Shown: piece after piece, positions 1 to 14,120 of the stretch
Position numbering within the stretch: the stretch's first letter is position 1
Layout of the letters: each line of letters opens with the position of its first letter
Assembly: GCF_009834535.1 (NCBI RefSeq)
Contig: NC_045697.1
Coordinates: forward strand, 56,236,001 to 56,300,000
Direction of reading: 5' to 3'
DNA from: Camelus ferus
Lineage: Eukaryota
Length of the DNA: 64,000 bases
Position numbers and translations under genes: made by a program
The notes under the pieces: generated by a model
What the model was told of the DNA's origin: nothing
The model's input: only the letters and a program-made list of their open reading frames with translations
The model's database searches: none

Positions 1-279
1 AGCCCCTCCCTCCAACTTCAAACCCAGCAATGGTAGTTCAGGTCCCTCTTGCACTACCTTACCCTGACTTCCTCTTCTGCCTCCCTCCTCATGTATATAT
101 ACCCTTCTGATTATATTGGACACTCCCAGATAACCCAGGGTAATCTCCTTATCTGCTGTTGAGCAACCTTAATTCCCTTTGCAACTTTAATTTCCCTTTG
201 CCTTGTAATGTGACATATTCAGAGGTTCTGGGGATTAGGACATGGCTGTCTTTGGAGGACCATTATTTTGCATACCACA
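1..279 (-). mobile_element. MaLR LTR (MLT1-like), partial
   Basis: MLT1-like terminus ...gaggttctggggattaggacatggctgtctttggaggaccattattttgcataccaca. Confidence 0.8.
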
Positions 280-1024
280 GTGACTCTGTTGATCTCTCTC
301 ATCCATCTGAAGATCAGCAGACTGGCTTATTTTGAAAGGCCTTGGTTGGGATAACTGGGCTTTTCTCCATGTGATTTTTCAAGCTGCAGCTTATCTCTTT
401 GTTGAAGTTAGGTTTCCAAGAAAAATTACACATCATCACATTCATTGATTTCTACAGGCTGAAACAAGGCAAAAGATCAGCCCAGTCAAAAAGACTCTGT
501 AATCACCATAATTTATTCTCTAAGCATGCAAAGTCTCGCTTTCTGACCTTCATATATGTTGTTCTGATTGGCTGCCTTTCTACCATCTTTCCCTTGCTTA
601 TCCCACTGAGTAGAAGACAAAGTAATAATTTCTTCGTACTTTGGTTTGTCATGGGTGTGGTCTATTGGAAACAAATGGTGAGTGTCATATTTCACTCAGC
701 TTTATTGCCATCTCTTTTATGTATTTTTTAAATAACTATCTTGCTTGTCCCATTGGTGATAAAGGAGCTATCGATTTTGTGTGTATCGTTTCTTCCTTCT
801 CTTCCCAGATGCAGGAAGGATGTGGGAAATCCATGTGGACAGTAGTAGGCTCAAATGCACTGAGGTGGCTTCAAGTAAAGATGCCTTCATCTTAAGCATC
901 TGACTTTAATAACAGGACTGCTGGCTCATAAAATTTTAAGGAAAAGAAGCAACCCAGATGAAGAGTGTGTTTACAATCAGATATTACCAAGTAATGTTTA
1001 AGAGTTGACATAATGTCAACTTTA

Positions 1025-1860
1025 TGATGCTTTCCCCTCCTCACATCCGACATCCAACCATCACTAAATCCTAACTCTTCTGTACCTAAATGAATCTATA
1101 ATTCAGTTATTTCCCACCCATTCCCTTGCTAACACTTTGATCCAAACCACTATTGTTTCATAATTAAATTATTATAATAGTCTAATGAATCCCTTTATTT
1201 ACCCTTTGGACTACCACAATTTACTTTCCACGTAGTGGCCACAGGAATCTCTTTAAAATACGTTAAATGATATCACTTCCCTGCTCAATACTTTCTCATT
1301 GCTCCTCATCTCACTCAGAGTAAACAACATTGACCTACAAGATCTGAACCTTTTCCACTTCTTTGACTAAACTCATCTCTCAATGCTTTCTCATTTACTT
1401 TACTAGGTACACTTGCCTCCTTGATAATTGAACTTTTCAGTCTCAGGTCTTTTCTACTTGCTGTTACTTCTTCCTAAAACCATCTTCCCCCAGATTTCCA
1501 TTGTCTCCCTGCCTTGACATAATAAATGCCTTTTGCTTAAATATATTTTCAGAAGTGTTTCCTGACCCTCCTGTTTATAATTGTGTTTATGCTTGTGCAC
1601 ATGCACTGGCCTATGTACACATGTCCCTCATCCTGGCCTTTTGTATCTCATTTATCGGGTTCCCCACCCCCTCACAGAACAGAGCACTTTCTAACACTGT
1701 GTAACTCACTTAGTTTGTATGTATTTTTGTCTCACCCTGAGAATATAAGTTCCATTAAATGCGGGAACTTTACTACAATTTCTTGCCAAGAAATGCACTT
1801 GCAAGTAGAAAGAACTTGATAATTATTTGTTGGAAGAATGAGTGAGTGAATAAATGACCA
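1025..1860 (+). mobile_element. L2 LINE 3' fragment
   Basis: degenerate pyrimidine-rich L2-like sequence ending in gaatgagtgagtgaataaatga. Confidence 0.7.
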
Positions 1861-2089
1861 AAATTCTTGAAAGGTATCTTTTTACAAATAGATATTTGTC
1901 TTAAAAAACTCCATACTTTATTGTTTTTATCAAGCAAAGTAGTTACTATTTCTATTCCTAATTCTCAAGTCATTTTTAGATTTCACACTAAAAGATGTCA
2001 TACAGTGTCTGTTAGCATGGGGCCCCACATGGGAGACACCCCCAGACCCCCATTACCTCCACTTTTTGTTTGGTTAGCACCTACTCAAT

Positions 2090-2345
2090 CTTTATTTCCC
2101 AGCTAAGGTGACTTCTTGCAAGAAGCTCTCTTTGAATCATCAAATCTGAGATAGGTACTTCACTTCAGTATTCTGGAACATTTATCAGACTCATACAAGT
2201 ATGTTTTTGCTTTCTTATTTATTTCCCCACCATGCTATAAGCTCCTTGAGGGCAGAGATTATGCATGTTTTACTCGTGACTAAATTCTCAATGACTTGGA
2301 TGATTCTAACTTATAATAAGTGCTTGCAAATGATTAAATAAATAA
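2090..2345 (+). mobile_element. L2 LINE 3' fragment
   Basis: ctataagctccttgagggcagagatt...aagtgcttgcaaatgattaaataaata L2 3' motifs. Confidence 0.6.
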
Positions 2346-3702
2346 TATAATTAATTTAAATGTTATTAATTTTCAAAATCAGGAAGTTTTTAAAATGTAA
2401 TTTTATTAATAGAAAACTGATCTCCTCTAAATACTGATACCAGTTCTTGACTCCTCAAGAGCCCAAAAGCAATTTTGCTTTCCAGATGGAATTATCCTAA
2501 TTTTGTCAACATGCACATTTGGTCATAATTTCTATGTTTTAAGTAGTCTTGCCTGATTTCTTCTTAAAATACTAAAAATACTGTTGTACTTCATCATCTG
2601 TAGATTATTCATTGATACAATTTAATTATTTCATAAGTTGTTACATCAAAATTATTGTTAGGTAAAACTATCACAGTTTTTGGTTTCTCAGTTCTTTGTA
2701 AGATTGTGTAAATTATTATCTATTTAGGTTAGGTTAATTGAGTGCCAGCTTGTCCTTTGTGTTGCTTTATCAGTTCCTGGAGGCAGATTTCACATATCTT
2801 CTTCCCCCCACCCTTTTTTAAAAAAAATTTCTAGGCATGTCAGTCATTTTAAATTGGTTCTGAATAGGAAAAAAATGTAGAAAATAATCTACATATGGTA
2901 AGACTGATGAGTTTTGAAACTTAATTATTTAAAATGAACAAAATTGAGTCCCAACCAGTACACATTTTTGGGACTCCTACTCTGTACATTTATAAAAAGT
3001 TGTTATTTTACTTAGCATATGTCTGGAGTTTCTTTCATATGTTCCATGATACTCTGCAATTGCAATTTTGTTTTTCTTAGAATAAGTGAAAGGCAAAGCT
3101 TATGAAGTCTCTAAATAAAATTATATTTCATATTGTTATAGTCTTAGTGGATCTGGGTATTTTTAGTGTAAGAAAACAAATAGAGTAATGAATCATTTGC
3201 TTAACCTTAATTAGTGAGAAAGAAATTTATGGATACATTTTAAATTTAAGAGTCAGGAAACATTTTTCACTAATTCGCTGAATCATCTTTGATGTCTACA
3301 TTTAAGAGTTGTGACCATGGCTTTTTTATTCTTTCTTAGGATCTCTGTACACATAAGCATCAATATTAATCCCAAATACATTCCTCCCCCTGCCAAGAGA
3401 AGTATATTTGTACAAACTAAATAACTAAATGCCAAAAGAAAAATTTTACAAAGACTTGTATATGATTTACATTGTGGACGATGACTTTTGACAACATCTG
3501 AATGGATTTATATTTAAATGAGGACAGTAGAATGTGAAGTAATTGTCAAGGGCTACTTAGCATTGGACAGTCTGATGCTGCAATATAGATGTCTGGAATC
3601 CCTATCCAGTGCTTTTCACGTTTAACCTTGTTGATTCTTTAGTGTTCTTCCTTTCTCATAGTGCAAATACTGATGTAAAGAGCTTCCCATTATTTCAAAG
3701 AT

Positions 3703-3810
3703 TATTTTTTGTGGGGGTGGTGGGGAGGTAATTAGGTTTGTTTGTTTGTTTGTTTGTTTATGTATTTATTTATTTTGATGGAGGTACCAGGACCTCATGC
3801 ACGCTAAGCA
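3703..3810 (-). mobile_element. tRNA-Ala-derived SINE (camelid vic-1-like), 5'-truncated and internally deleted
   Basis: ggaggtaattaggtttg...gaggtaccaggacctcatgcacgctaagca, similar to the 58259 copy; TSD tatttcaaagat (3691) / tacttcaaagat (3811). Confidence 0.8.
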
Positions 3811-4509
3811 TACTTCAAAGATCCTTTATAGCAGCAGTGATATTTCTCATAACTTTGGTAAAATTGTTTCAAACTCATGACTGTGACATATTAAATAACT
3901 AAAGTCCTGTTTAAATAAAAGGATTTACTTCACTGATATCACTGAAACCATGAATTTCATGTCTAATATAAGATTATAAGAGAAAGATTTCATAAGGCTT
4001 CATCTTATGAGTGTTACTACTAAATGCCCAAGAAAAGAGTCCATTGTGCTGAGTGACTTTCCAAATAGAAAGCCTCCTGGGATACAGAATGAACCAATGT
4101 GCATGCTAGGAGAGCACATATATTGTAAGTGGCAGAGAGATCTTGGCCTCATTGAAAAAGAAAAACTGTTACCAATACTGTTTAGTTTAGCTGCAAATAT
4201 AAATCATATGAGTATGTTTGCATTCATAATATGACTGCTTGTGTCACGTACTAGATTAAACATTAGTTACAACCTCAACAATAAAAATATAGACTGATAC
4301 CTCTGTGTGCTATACACTGACCTCCTGGGAAAATATTAAAAGTATTATTTTCTTATAGATAACAACTATTCAGTATAATCTTATATTCTCAAGACTGCAT
4401 ATATTAGCATAAATTTTTGGAGACCTGGCTAAAGAGTTTGTTTCATTCTTTCTATATGCAGACATAAAGATTTCTGTTTAAGTTTCCAGATCCTGGAATA
4501 AAAATGATA

Positions 4510-4970
4510 GCTATGATAGGGTATAAAAGCATTTAAAGCTCCTTCCATCAAGAGATGGAGTCTGTTTTTCCAACTCTGCAATCTGGGCTGGCTTGTGACT
4601 TTCGCTGAGTATTAAAGTGAGGCCTAAAATCTTTAGCCAAGGCCTCTAAAGACCGGTAGCTTCCTCTCATACCTCTTGGAACCCTGAGATCATCATACTG
4701 TCAGGAAGCCTGGTGTAGCCTTTGAAAGAATGAGAGAGCACCTGGAGAGGAGAGCTCCCATAGGAAGTCCTAGACTTGGGAATGAGCTGTCTGAGGCAAG
4801 CCTAGTGCGCAGCCATTCCGTGAGATGAACACAGCCCTATGAGTAAATTCAGTCAAGACTAGCTGAAGAATCACCCAGCCAATGCTTAGAATTGTGAGAA
4901 ATAGTAAGTCATTGTTGATCTATGTCACCAAATCTGGGGGGCTCCTTCCTTACAGCAACTGGAAATTCAT
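4510..4970 (+). mobile_element. MaLR LTR (MLT1F/G-like)
   Basis: ccttccatcaagagatggagtctg...agaattgtgagaaatagtaagtcattgttg...ttacagcaac MLT1 motifs. Confidence 0.7.
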
Positions 4971-7900
4971 AAAATAGCCAACATCTGTGGTGCACTTACA
5001 AATGCCTAGAAATGTATGGATTGTGCTGTTTATCTGTCTATCGGTCTGTCTAACAATCCGTCCATCATCTTAAGTGTGCATATACTTCTTTCCTCCTGGC
5101 ATGTTCTACATGGTTAACTGCATAATTATTCAGTATCTATTATATTCTGTCACTGAATCTCTATAGACCTGACTTGTGGTAACATATCCTTATTGGCTTT
5201 TGTTCTCATTTTGTTCCTCTTATGTTTCATAATATTTTATATCCATATTTAAAAGCTTAAGAAACTTGGCTGTCTGGATACATCATGTTTTTAAATATGC
5301 TCCATTTTATTAGCTGTCAGTGAAGTTCTGTTGTACTCATTAAATGTGTCATTTTGTGTCTGAGGTTGCAAAGTTCATATATCGTTTATGAAAGTCATGA
5401 CTTATAGCTTTATAGACTAGCTCATTTGATAAACTTTTTTCTGTTTCCTCTATTAATCTGCTCTTTTGTGATATATTTTAATTGAATTTTTGTTTGAAGG
5501 ATATAATAAAATCAATACTTCTTAAAAACAGCAAAAAAAAAAATGCCAAGGAAACACTATTAATTTATCTGCTATATGTTCTGTAAACCTGAATATCAAA
5601 AATCTGGTAATGTGTGCAAATTGGAAGTCCTTTAAAAGAATGGCCATATTACATATTTAGGTTTACAATGATATAAACACAGTGATATTTTCTGTGTAAA
5701 TATCTGTGATTTACAGGATACAGTTTGCATACCTATGAATAAACTACGTAAAAACAAACATAAAGAAACATTTAACAAACATACTGACAAAAACAACAAA
5801 ATTGTATAGCAAAGTAGAAATATAATGTTAAATAGTGACTGAATTTATTCCCCACTTAAAATCATCATCTCAAACAATCCTAGTTGTGGGCTTCTTTATT
5901 TAGTCCTGGTGGCTTGGCGTGGATTTGCACATAATTGTTGCTTTGTTGATAGGTGAACATAACTCTCAAAATGTTGAAATTCAATAATGTGGTATAGCAT
6001 TGTGAAATATTTATAATTTAAATGAAATTATAGTGATTATGTAGAAACTTATAGTAAATGTTTATGTTTATTTCGAGTGTTTATGGCTATTTTATCACAC
6101 ACAGAATATATGACATCTGATAGCAAATTGATGATTTCTCACATTACAATTTTTGTGAAATGGTTACATATGAAATCTGAGAACAAAATCATTAAAAATA
6201 CTATTTATAATAAAAAGCTCTGTGATATAACCTAATTTTCCATCTCCTCTTTCACCTCAAACACACACACACTCATGCATGCACAATTCACATACGAACA
6301 ACTACATCCACCATTATTATTACAGAGGATGAGAGAAACTTCCATTTAGTGTAACTAAGGAACTAACTAGTGGATAGCAAATTAATACAAAATGTTTGAA
6401 AAAGTTACTGTAACTACTTAGAAGAATATTCCCAGTCTTTATATCTACCTATCTTTGAAGCTGGCAAGTAATATTGTATTTCAAATGCCTGCATATTGTA
6501 TAAAGTATATAAATATACTTTTATTGTGTATTTAATCTATATGTCTGTTGACCTTGATTAAAGTCATTATTTATAACTAACAGCTATTTAGTATATTCCA
6601 GGCACAAGGCTAAGTAATTAACATTCAATATTCATTTAATTCTCCCAAACGGAATCTTCACCTGAAGCTAAGAAAACTGAGTCACACGGAAACTAAGGAT
6701 TACTCAATATTGTGGTTATTGATGGAACTGAGATTCAGATTATGTCTGGCTATCTCCAGTAAGATAGTTAAGTTCATATTTGGAAATGTAAGTGTATTAT
6801 AAAATATGCATTTGAAATTTAAGACTAAATTCTACATAGATGAACATAATTCTGTACCCATATATTTTTAATTTTCCTAAATATGTTTTATCATCAGAAT
6901 CATTATACATATTTGTGTATATGTTAGTTTAAAAATTATAGCATATTTATTTATTTTCAAGGCATTAACATTACAGCAAATAATAGAACGGAAAAGGTCA
7001 AAAATAGATTCTTTTTAAACTTCCCAGGCTGAATTTCAAATATAATTCCATACAGAGGGTAGATTTTTTCAAAATATGATTTGGGTAAGGTTTTCTATTC
7101 AAAACATTAGCTCTGGATACAAAGCCCTTTTTTTAGCCAACCAAGTGGGTTATGTTGGATTGGGTAACAGAATATTTTAGAATCAGTAAATACATTTTTA
7201 ATTGATTATTCTTTGATTTTGCTGATTTTGAAATACTTCTTCCTTAGATTTCCTTCATAAAAATTACAGAGTCCTCAGTATTGGTTGTAGTGTCTTTAGT
7301 GTTTGTTTCATCCCTGTTCTAACAAAAGACAGACTGAAAATGCATAAGCAGATAAATTTGGGGGGTTATTTTATTTTTCCTATGTTGGGAAAATTTTTTA
7401 GTGGTAAATAACTTTAATAAACTATATACATTACTATGCTATGTATTTTCCTTTTGTAATATCCTGCATGTGAGAAGTTACAAAAGGATTTGTAGGTAAT
7501 CATGCGTTGTAAGTAAATCTCCCGTACATGACTAGTTAAGACCACTGACTTGATACCATATTAGAAAGGCAAACCTTATCTAGAGGTAATCTTTCATATT
7601 TCCATTGTGCATTGGTGAAATGGAAATATTTATAAATATTATAAGAAATATGCAGATCACCAGAGAGCAGTGATTTGTGATCTATCACAATCAAGGAAGG
7701 TTGGAAAACTAGTTTTCCATAAAATCAGGCTTAATTTTTTAAATTGCTGTTTTGCTTTTCCTTTAGCTTTAATTGTAATGATGTGATATGGTAATTTGCA
7801 AAGGTTAGAGCAGAAAATTTGAATTGAAGACCACTGGTAAAATGTATTATTTCTCTTAATTTGTTTCTAGAGTCTATTTGAATTAGCAGTTAAACCAAGT

Positions 7901-8369
7901 GTTGAATATGATTATTTTATTCCTTGGATGTGCATGGGACATAGTTGGCCCCTGTTTAATCTCCAGAGGTTAAGAACTACGATAATTCATATTTCTGATT
8001 ATGCTCCTTGCCCACCTTGTTTGCAGGCTTTAAAATGGAAAAATGTAACTGATTCCTGGTATCTTGAAAAATGAGATGTGAACATTCACATGCGTTTTCA
8101 TTGTATGGCTTAGGCACTTAAAATTAATGAAAGAAAAAATTGGGGGATGTTTAGAAGAATAAATTCATATTCAAATTTATATTAATGAATATATTAATAT
8201 ATGTTAAATAATATATAATTATTTGATGGTGATATTAATCTCATATCCTAAGTGGAGTAAAATGGGCATAAATAAATCTTATCAGTGAATGGCTAATTAA
8301 ATAAGTGATTGAACACATTCACGTATAGATATTTACGTTAACCTTATTTCTATTAATACATTTAGTCTA

Positions 8370-8895
8370 TAATCATTTTCATATCTTCTATTAGAAAGCC
8401 ACTATTCTAGGCAATATTCAACATACAAAAATAAATCATAATTCCTGCCTTCAGTGAGTATAATGTGAAAAATTATGTATGTACACAAGTAACTATGACA
8501 AAATTAAAAGTAGATCTATTAAGGAGATTAATGAATCAATGTGGACATTCAAAAGAAATAGTAATTATTTCCAGATAAGAGAATAAAAAATCTCCTTTAT
8601 TTCATGAAGGAAATACTATTTGAATAAGGCCATGAAATGTAGGTAGAATTCAGACATGTTGAGACCAACAAGAACACGCTGGGCTGTGGAATATATTGAG
8701 TAAAAGCATAGAATTATTATCCTCAAGGATGCAAAGGAAGAACTTCAGATGGTCCAGTTTGATTGGGCTGCATGTGAAACAATGGGACTGTTAGTTTGGA
8801 AAGGGATGTTGGTGCAAGATTTTGGAGGTCTCTAAAACCAGAGTAAAAGTAGTTAACTTTTTGTTCATTGAAGAGCCATTAAAGTTTCTTAGTAT
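8370..8895 (-). mobile_element. L2 LINE fragment
   Basis: cctgccttcagtgagtataatg...gaagagccattaaagttt, degenerate antisense L2. Confidence 0.55.
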
Positions 8896-9029
8896 GAAAT
8901 TAACTTTATTGCTTCAAAATTTTAAGATAAAGTAACTGAAAATAAAAAATTTTAATGTGAAAAAATTTATTACAGTGGAAGTACATAGAGTCCTTTATCA
9001 CACTGTGGGAACCTTCTTCAAGAAGTTCG

Positions 9030-9215
9030 TTCTTAAGCAACTCTCCTTAACAATGAATTTTAAAAGCATACATTTGTATGTTACAGTGGCATTTCAAAAA
9101 CATCCAGGACTCTGATGTAGTAGATATAGTGTAGGTCAAAGTACCTACATTTTTAATAATTATACCTACTAATTCTGATGTGGTAGGGGCTGATCTATGC
9201 TTAGAAAACCGCTGT
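9030..9215. mobile_element. MER5-like hAT DNA transposon relic
   Basis: ...tacatttttaataattatacctactaattctgatg...ttagaaaaccgctg, MER5A-like end. Confidence 0.45.
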
Positions 9216-9469
9216 TTTAGGCCATTAGACTCTTCATTGTAGAGAAAAACTAAATAATGCATTGTAGAAAAAAACATACATTTGAAATTATGAGTTCTTA
9301 ACTCCTCATCTGGCTGGGATATATATTTAAAAATGATTATTAGCAAATATTAGTTCACATAAATAGAATAATTCTCAAATCAAATAGAAATCTATTTTAA
9401 CAGAAGAAGAAATAGGAGGGACATGTCATTATTTATTATGTAAATTATGGAATGCTTACTATATTGTTT

Positions 9470-9635
9470 TCATAAATTAAACCATTCTATCCTAATAATG
9501 ACCCTGTGATGTAGGCATAATATTTTCTTCATTTGACAGATGAGAACACTGAGTTTAGATAACTTGCCTAAAAGTCACAGTGCTAAATCCAGTACACAAG
9601 CCAGGCAGGCTGATACCAGACACTGTTCCATTAAC
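9470..9635 (-). mobile_element. MIR SINE
   Basis: MIR core catttgacagatgagaacactgag...aacttgcctaaaagtcacag. Confidence 0.7.
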
Positions 9636-12600
9636 CAAAACAAGATTCTGCTTCTTCATGTAAAATCCAGTGTGCTCCTTCCTCTCCCACGCTCAATAGA
9701 GAAACAAATGTGGTATGTTTATTTCAGTTCACAAATGAAAGTACATGTAGCTTATCAAAATGTCTATTTTCCTACCTCTAAGAAGAATAATAATGTTGGT
9801 GTATTCTGAAGGTGGGTTCTCAGGTTATTATTTCTTTCTATCTATTCTTTGTTGGTTACATTGATTTACATTATACCCTAATAAAACAATGAAATTTATA
9901 ATGTGTATATTTATTGCTATAGTGAGATAGCAAATAAACTCTTGGGTTATGCATTTTCATGTACTGAACAGTTTAATCAGATTGAAAGGAAGAAGGTAAT
10001 ATACTTCATATATATCAATGTGCTTTCATAGCTTGAAATGGAAAGAAAATTTTCATTTATTACTAATCAAGTTTGAGAATGTGGGAAGGTGACATATTAT
10101 AAATCAACTAATAATGTGTGTGTATTTATTTTACATGTTCTTTCCTCTCATAGCAGACTTACTTCAGTGGAATCATATTTGACTAAAATAATTGTGTTTT
10201 TATGCACTTTTATGTTGATTAAAATTTTAATTAAACATTTCCAAGACCCATTAATTACTTGGCTCCCTTCAAGTTCTCCCGTCAGAAATTAAGCAGCACA
10301 CGTGATTAGTTAAAAATACAGTCTCCTTGTGACACACTAATCAGCATTAACATTTCATCAACAATTCTAAAACAAAGTAGGTGTTTTTCCTTTTATTTGT
10401 CTTTAACAAATTGGAGAAAACAGAACAGCTACCACAGCGTGTTTAGAATCTTCGGGTATTTTGTGGTACTATTCCTTCATTTTCCATTCCCATGAAGGAG
10501 AACAAAATTGAAGAGCAGGGGAACGCAGGGTTCAGAAATAGAACCACAGAAATTAATGCCCTGAAATCTGCCAGAGCCGGCACAGGCAGTAGAGATCTGC
10601 CTCTGGGATAGAAATCCCCTTTGCTGTCTTCTGAGAGTCTCCTTTCTTTCAGTGCCAGACTGGCAGAACACTGTTCAGGCGTTCACTCTTGATTGTCCCT
10701 ATTTTTCAAGCAAATTTGCATAGTAGTTATTCATACTGATTCATGGTTTTCCTTTTAACAAGTTTCTTTCTCCTCCCAACTTTCCTTTTGGCAGCCTTTA
10801 CTATCCAGTTAAGTAGGAAAAATAATGTCCTTGTGAATAGCCCTGAAATCTGATCTTCGAGGAGGGAAAGAAATCTTTCCAATTTCAGTTCATGTAAATA
10901 AAGATGTGTAGACTTTTAACATACTTGGCCCTTAAATAGAACAAATCCTAGCCTTTTCCTGCATTAACGTTTGTCTGATGGGTAACTACATTGATCTGAG
11001 CTTCTAAACACACACTAGAAAGATTTTACATTTGATTAATTACTTTTCTTCCATGTTTGCAGAGGGTCTGCTTAATATTGCATTGGACCAGCACTTTTCA
11101 TGATGCAGATTCTGTTCTTTGTCTTTCAGAATTTTTGTTACTGTCCAATATCCAAATATTTCAATTCATATGAATATATGATATTTTCCTTTTTGGTCAT
11201 CTTTATTTTTTAAATCTCTTCTCCTTCCATAAGATTATGTATTTTTTCTTTTTTTTTTTTTTGCAACACTTCCCATTGCTGCCATTTCTTTTGCAATGAA
11301 ATACATGAGATTTCAAATGTTCTTGACATATTTCATAATTAAGCAAATGCCCAGAAAACATGAGCAATAATTAGCAACCCAATGACTTAGCTTAAATGAT
11401 TGCCCACAACTGCTGTCACTATGAAAACTTAGCTTTTTGTTCACATCAAGTTCTTAAGTCACAGTTACAGGACCAAAATTAGCTTGATCGGAAAAGCAAT
11501 GTTTGATTACCTAATAGCTGATCAACTCATTATATTCTACCCGCCTCTCTCACTTTTCCTACATGTAAGCTTTAGTTAAAATGTTTCTCAATTATGAAAA
11601 AAATTCAAGTCCCTTTGGCTAAGTTTTGCTGTAAAAATACATCTTTACACTCATTTGTTTTAAAAATGTAGACTAGAGTGTTTTAGGATTTAATGGAACC
11701 AGGAAAAGCCATGCTGTTTTTGTGATGTAAGCATGCTGTTCACAGTAATCTGAATTTAGGTTTTATTCTATAACAAATTCTTCTCAAGTAATTGGTTATT
11801 TTTTTTAAAGAATTCTATACTTTTCCAGAACAGTTTTATTGATCTAAAGAGTTGATGGAGTATTAAAAAATCTTAACACTAATTCATTTTCACATATTTT
11901 AGAGAGAAAGGTAGATGACAGATTGTACAAATATGTTTAAAAATCTCATACTTAGTGGGATATTTAGTGATTTGTACAGAATTTCAGTCTGTTAATTATG
12001 CATATTTTTATACATAAACCACTTAAGAATCTTTCTCCACTAAATTAGGATTTTTAAGTATAATTTTTCATGTGTGCTGATGTAGTAAAATTAGAAAATA
12101 GCTTGCATTATGAGTATTAAGAAATTATTAACCATGAAACACAATTTTGCAAATCTGTATTCATTTAACTTACAACAATTGCATGGAAGGCAAAGGCATT
12201 TGAAAGTAAAAACTATTTTTTTCCATTACAGTTCAAAAGATTATGCTTATTTACTACCACAAACTTTCTCTTTTAAACTTTTCTAAATTACTAGAACCAT
12301 TGTTTATATGCACAAAGATTGAGGGGAAAAGTTCCTAAAAACTGTTACTCAGTGAAAATGGAAATCATAGAAATGAAAAATATTGATGACCAGCTCAGCA
12401 AAACTTGCCTCTTTTTTAGAGAGAATTTTTCTTCCTTCCTATTTAAAAATGTTTATTATTTTACCAAAAATATATAGATGCTAAATAGAATACAGAATTA
12501 ATTCAACAGCTGTTTTTAATTATGAATCATTTGAACAATGTATTTCCTCTTCATTTCTGCTCTACTGCTTTCAAATTTAAAGACAAGCATCACTCGTTTT

Positions 12601-12741
12601 TGTTTCTTTGCTTACATTCAAGGAAAACAACACTTGTTTTAAGTAAATTTGTAAACATTAAAACTTTACTGTCTAATTTTTAATTTATAGGTGCCCACAG
12701 TCATGGAGTACTTATCTCTTTTGTTTTATTTTGTATTTCAG

Positions 12742-12750
12742 CTGAGCAAG
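12742..12750 (+). CDS. EPHA5: candidate 9-nt alternative microexon of EPHA5
   Basis: long T-rich tract, tttcag|CTGAGCAAG|gtaatg; frame-preserving in the phase-1 intron; no transcript evidence available. Confidence 0.4.
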
Positions 12751-12845
12751 GTAATGTACTTTTTTTTTAAGCAGTGATCTGTCTCTATCACAAGTTTACT
12801 TGGATTAGCTACCCCTTTCCCTCCTTTGTGCAAGTGTGGTATGTT

Positions 12846-12872
12846 TGTGTGTGTGTGTTTGTGTGTGTGTGT
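12846..12872. repeat. (TG)n microsatellite
   Basis: direct reading. Confidence 0.9.
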
Positions 12873-13349
12873 ATAAATTAATTAGGAATACTGCAGAATA
12901 AGTTTTCTGACATACTTTGGCACTTAAAAATTTTTATATGATTTACATTCTTACTAACTTTAAGAATAGGCATGTTAATTTATTTGCTATTGATAACAAA
13001 AGTTAAATATTCATGTGGAAAGAAATATGTATTAGTCTTTCTTTGTTTGAAGAATTATATAGAAATAGATTATAAATTTTAACACCTGCCACACTAAGTA
13101 GCAATCACTGAATTGTTTAAAAAAAAAACTACCAATAAAATACATAGATAGGATCAACAGCATTTTGAATAAAAGCTGAAAGTAAATTAAACTTTTCAAT
13201 GCAATTTATTTTTTCTCTCTAGCCCATTCTCCTAATGATTCCAAAATATTTCACTGGATAGATTTCTCCACCTACTGAAACTTCACCTTTACCTGTAAAA
13301 TAATTGTGAAGGAATGAAACATGAGCTTTAACTATCAAAAGAGTATGAC

Positions 13350-13487
13350 TTTGTGACAGATATTTTACTTAGCTTGATTGTGGTGATTGTCTCAGAAAGA
13401 ATACATATATCAAACTATCATATTGTAAACTTTTAATATGTACAATTTTCATCTGTCAGTCATACCTCTGTAAAGCTGGGAAAATAT
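13350..13487 (+). mobile_element. old L1M 3' end fragment
   Basis: cttgattgtggtgattg...tatatcaaactatcatattgta...tcatacctctgtaaagctgggaaaa. Confidence 0.65.
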
Positions 13488-14060
13488 TATTAAATTTTAA
13501 AAAATGTTGGAAATTTACAAGAGAAAATGATAATAATTAAACTAGAAGGAAAAAAAAATCCTCCTTGTGGCAGACAGCCTGCTGAATATGTTGTGTCTGC
13601 TTTCTCCTGCAGACTCCTCCCATTCCTGGTCACATCAAAACACAGTCAGTCATAAACATCTAACATAGCTGATTTACATGTACCTGACCACAGTGTCAGG
13701 CCTCCTTTGATTATTCCAGGAAACTTACTAGATCGATGGTTTTAGATCAGGGGGAAAGAGATTTAACGTTAAGAGCTCTTGAATGTAGTTACGAAAAGTT
13801 GACACAATTTTAATAATACTTTTGATATAAAAGTTTTGCCATGCTCAGGGATATATTCTATTTGATTCTTATTTTATGTTGTTGTTCAATTGTTTCTTAA
13901 CTATGAATTCAGTTGTTATAAAAGTGCCATTCTGTCCTTTGAATGTCATAGTTAGGTGTCATAATTATGTTTCATTTTTTCTTTTTTTTTAGTTGAAGTA
14001 TAGTTGATTTACAATGTTGTGTCAGTTTCAGGTGTACAGAAAAGTGATTCCATTATAAAG

Positions 14061-14120
14061 CTATATATATATATATATATGTATATTATATATATATATA
14101 TGTATATTATATATATATAT
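14061..14120. repeat. (TA)n compound microsatellite in the L1 3'UTR
   Basis: direct reading. Confidence 0.9.

Noticed and set aside
1003..1021. Short palindrome agttgacat-a-atgtcaact (also ttgtgat-ct-atcacaa near 7675)
   Set aside because: Arms of 7-9 bp are expected by chance in 64 kb of AT-rich sequence
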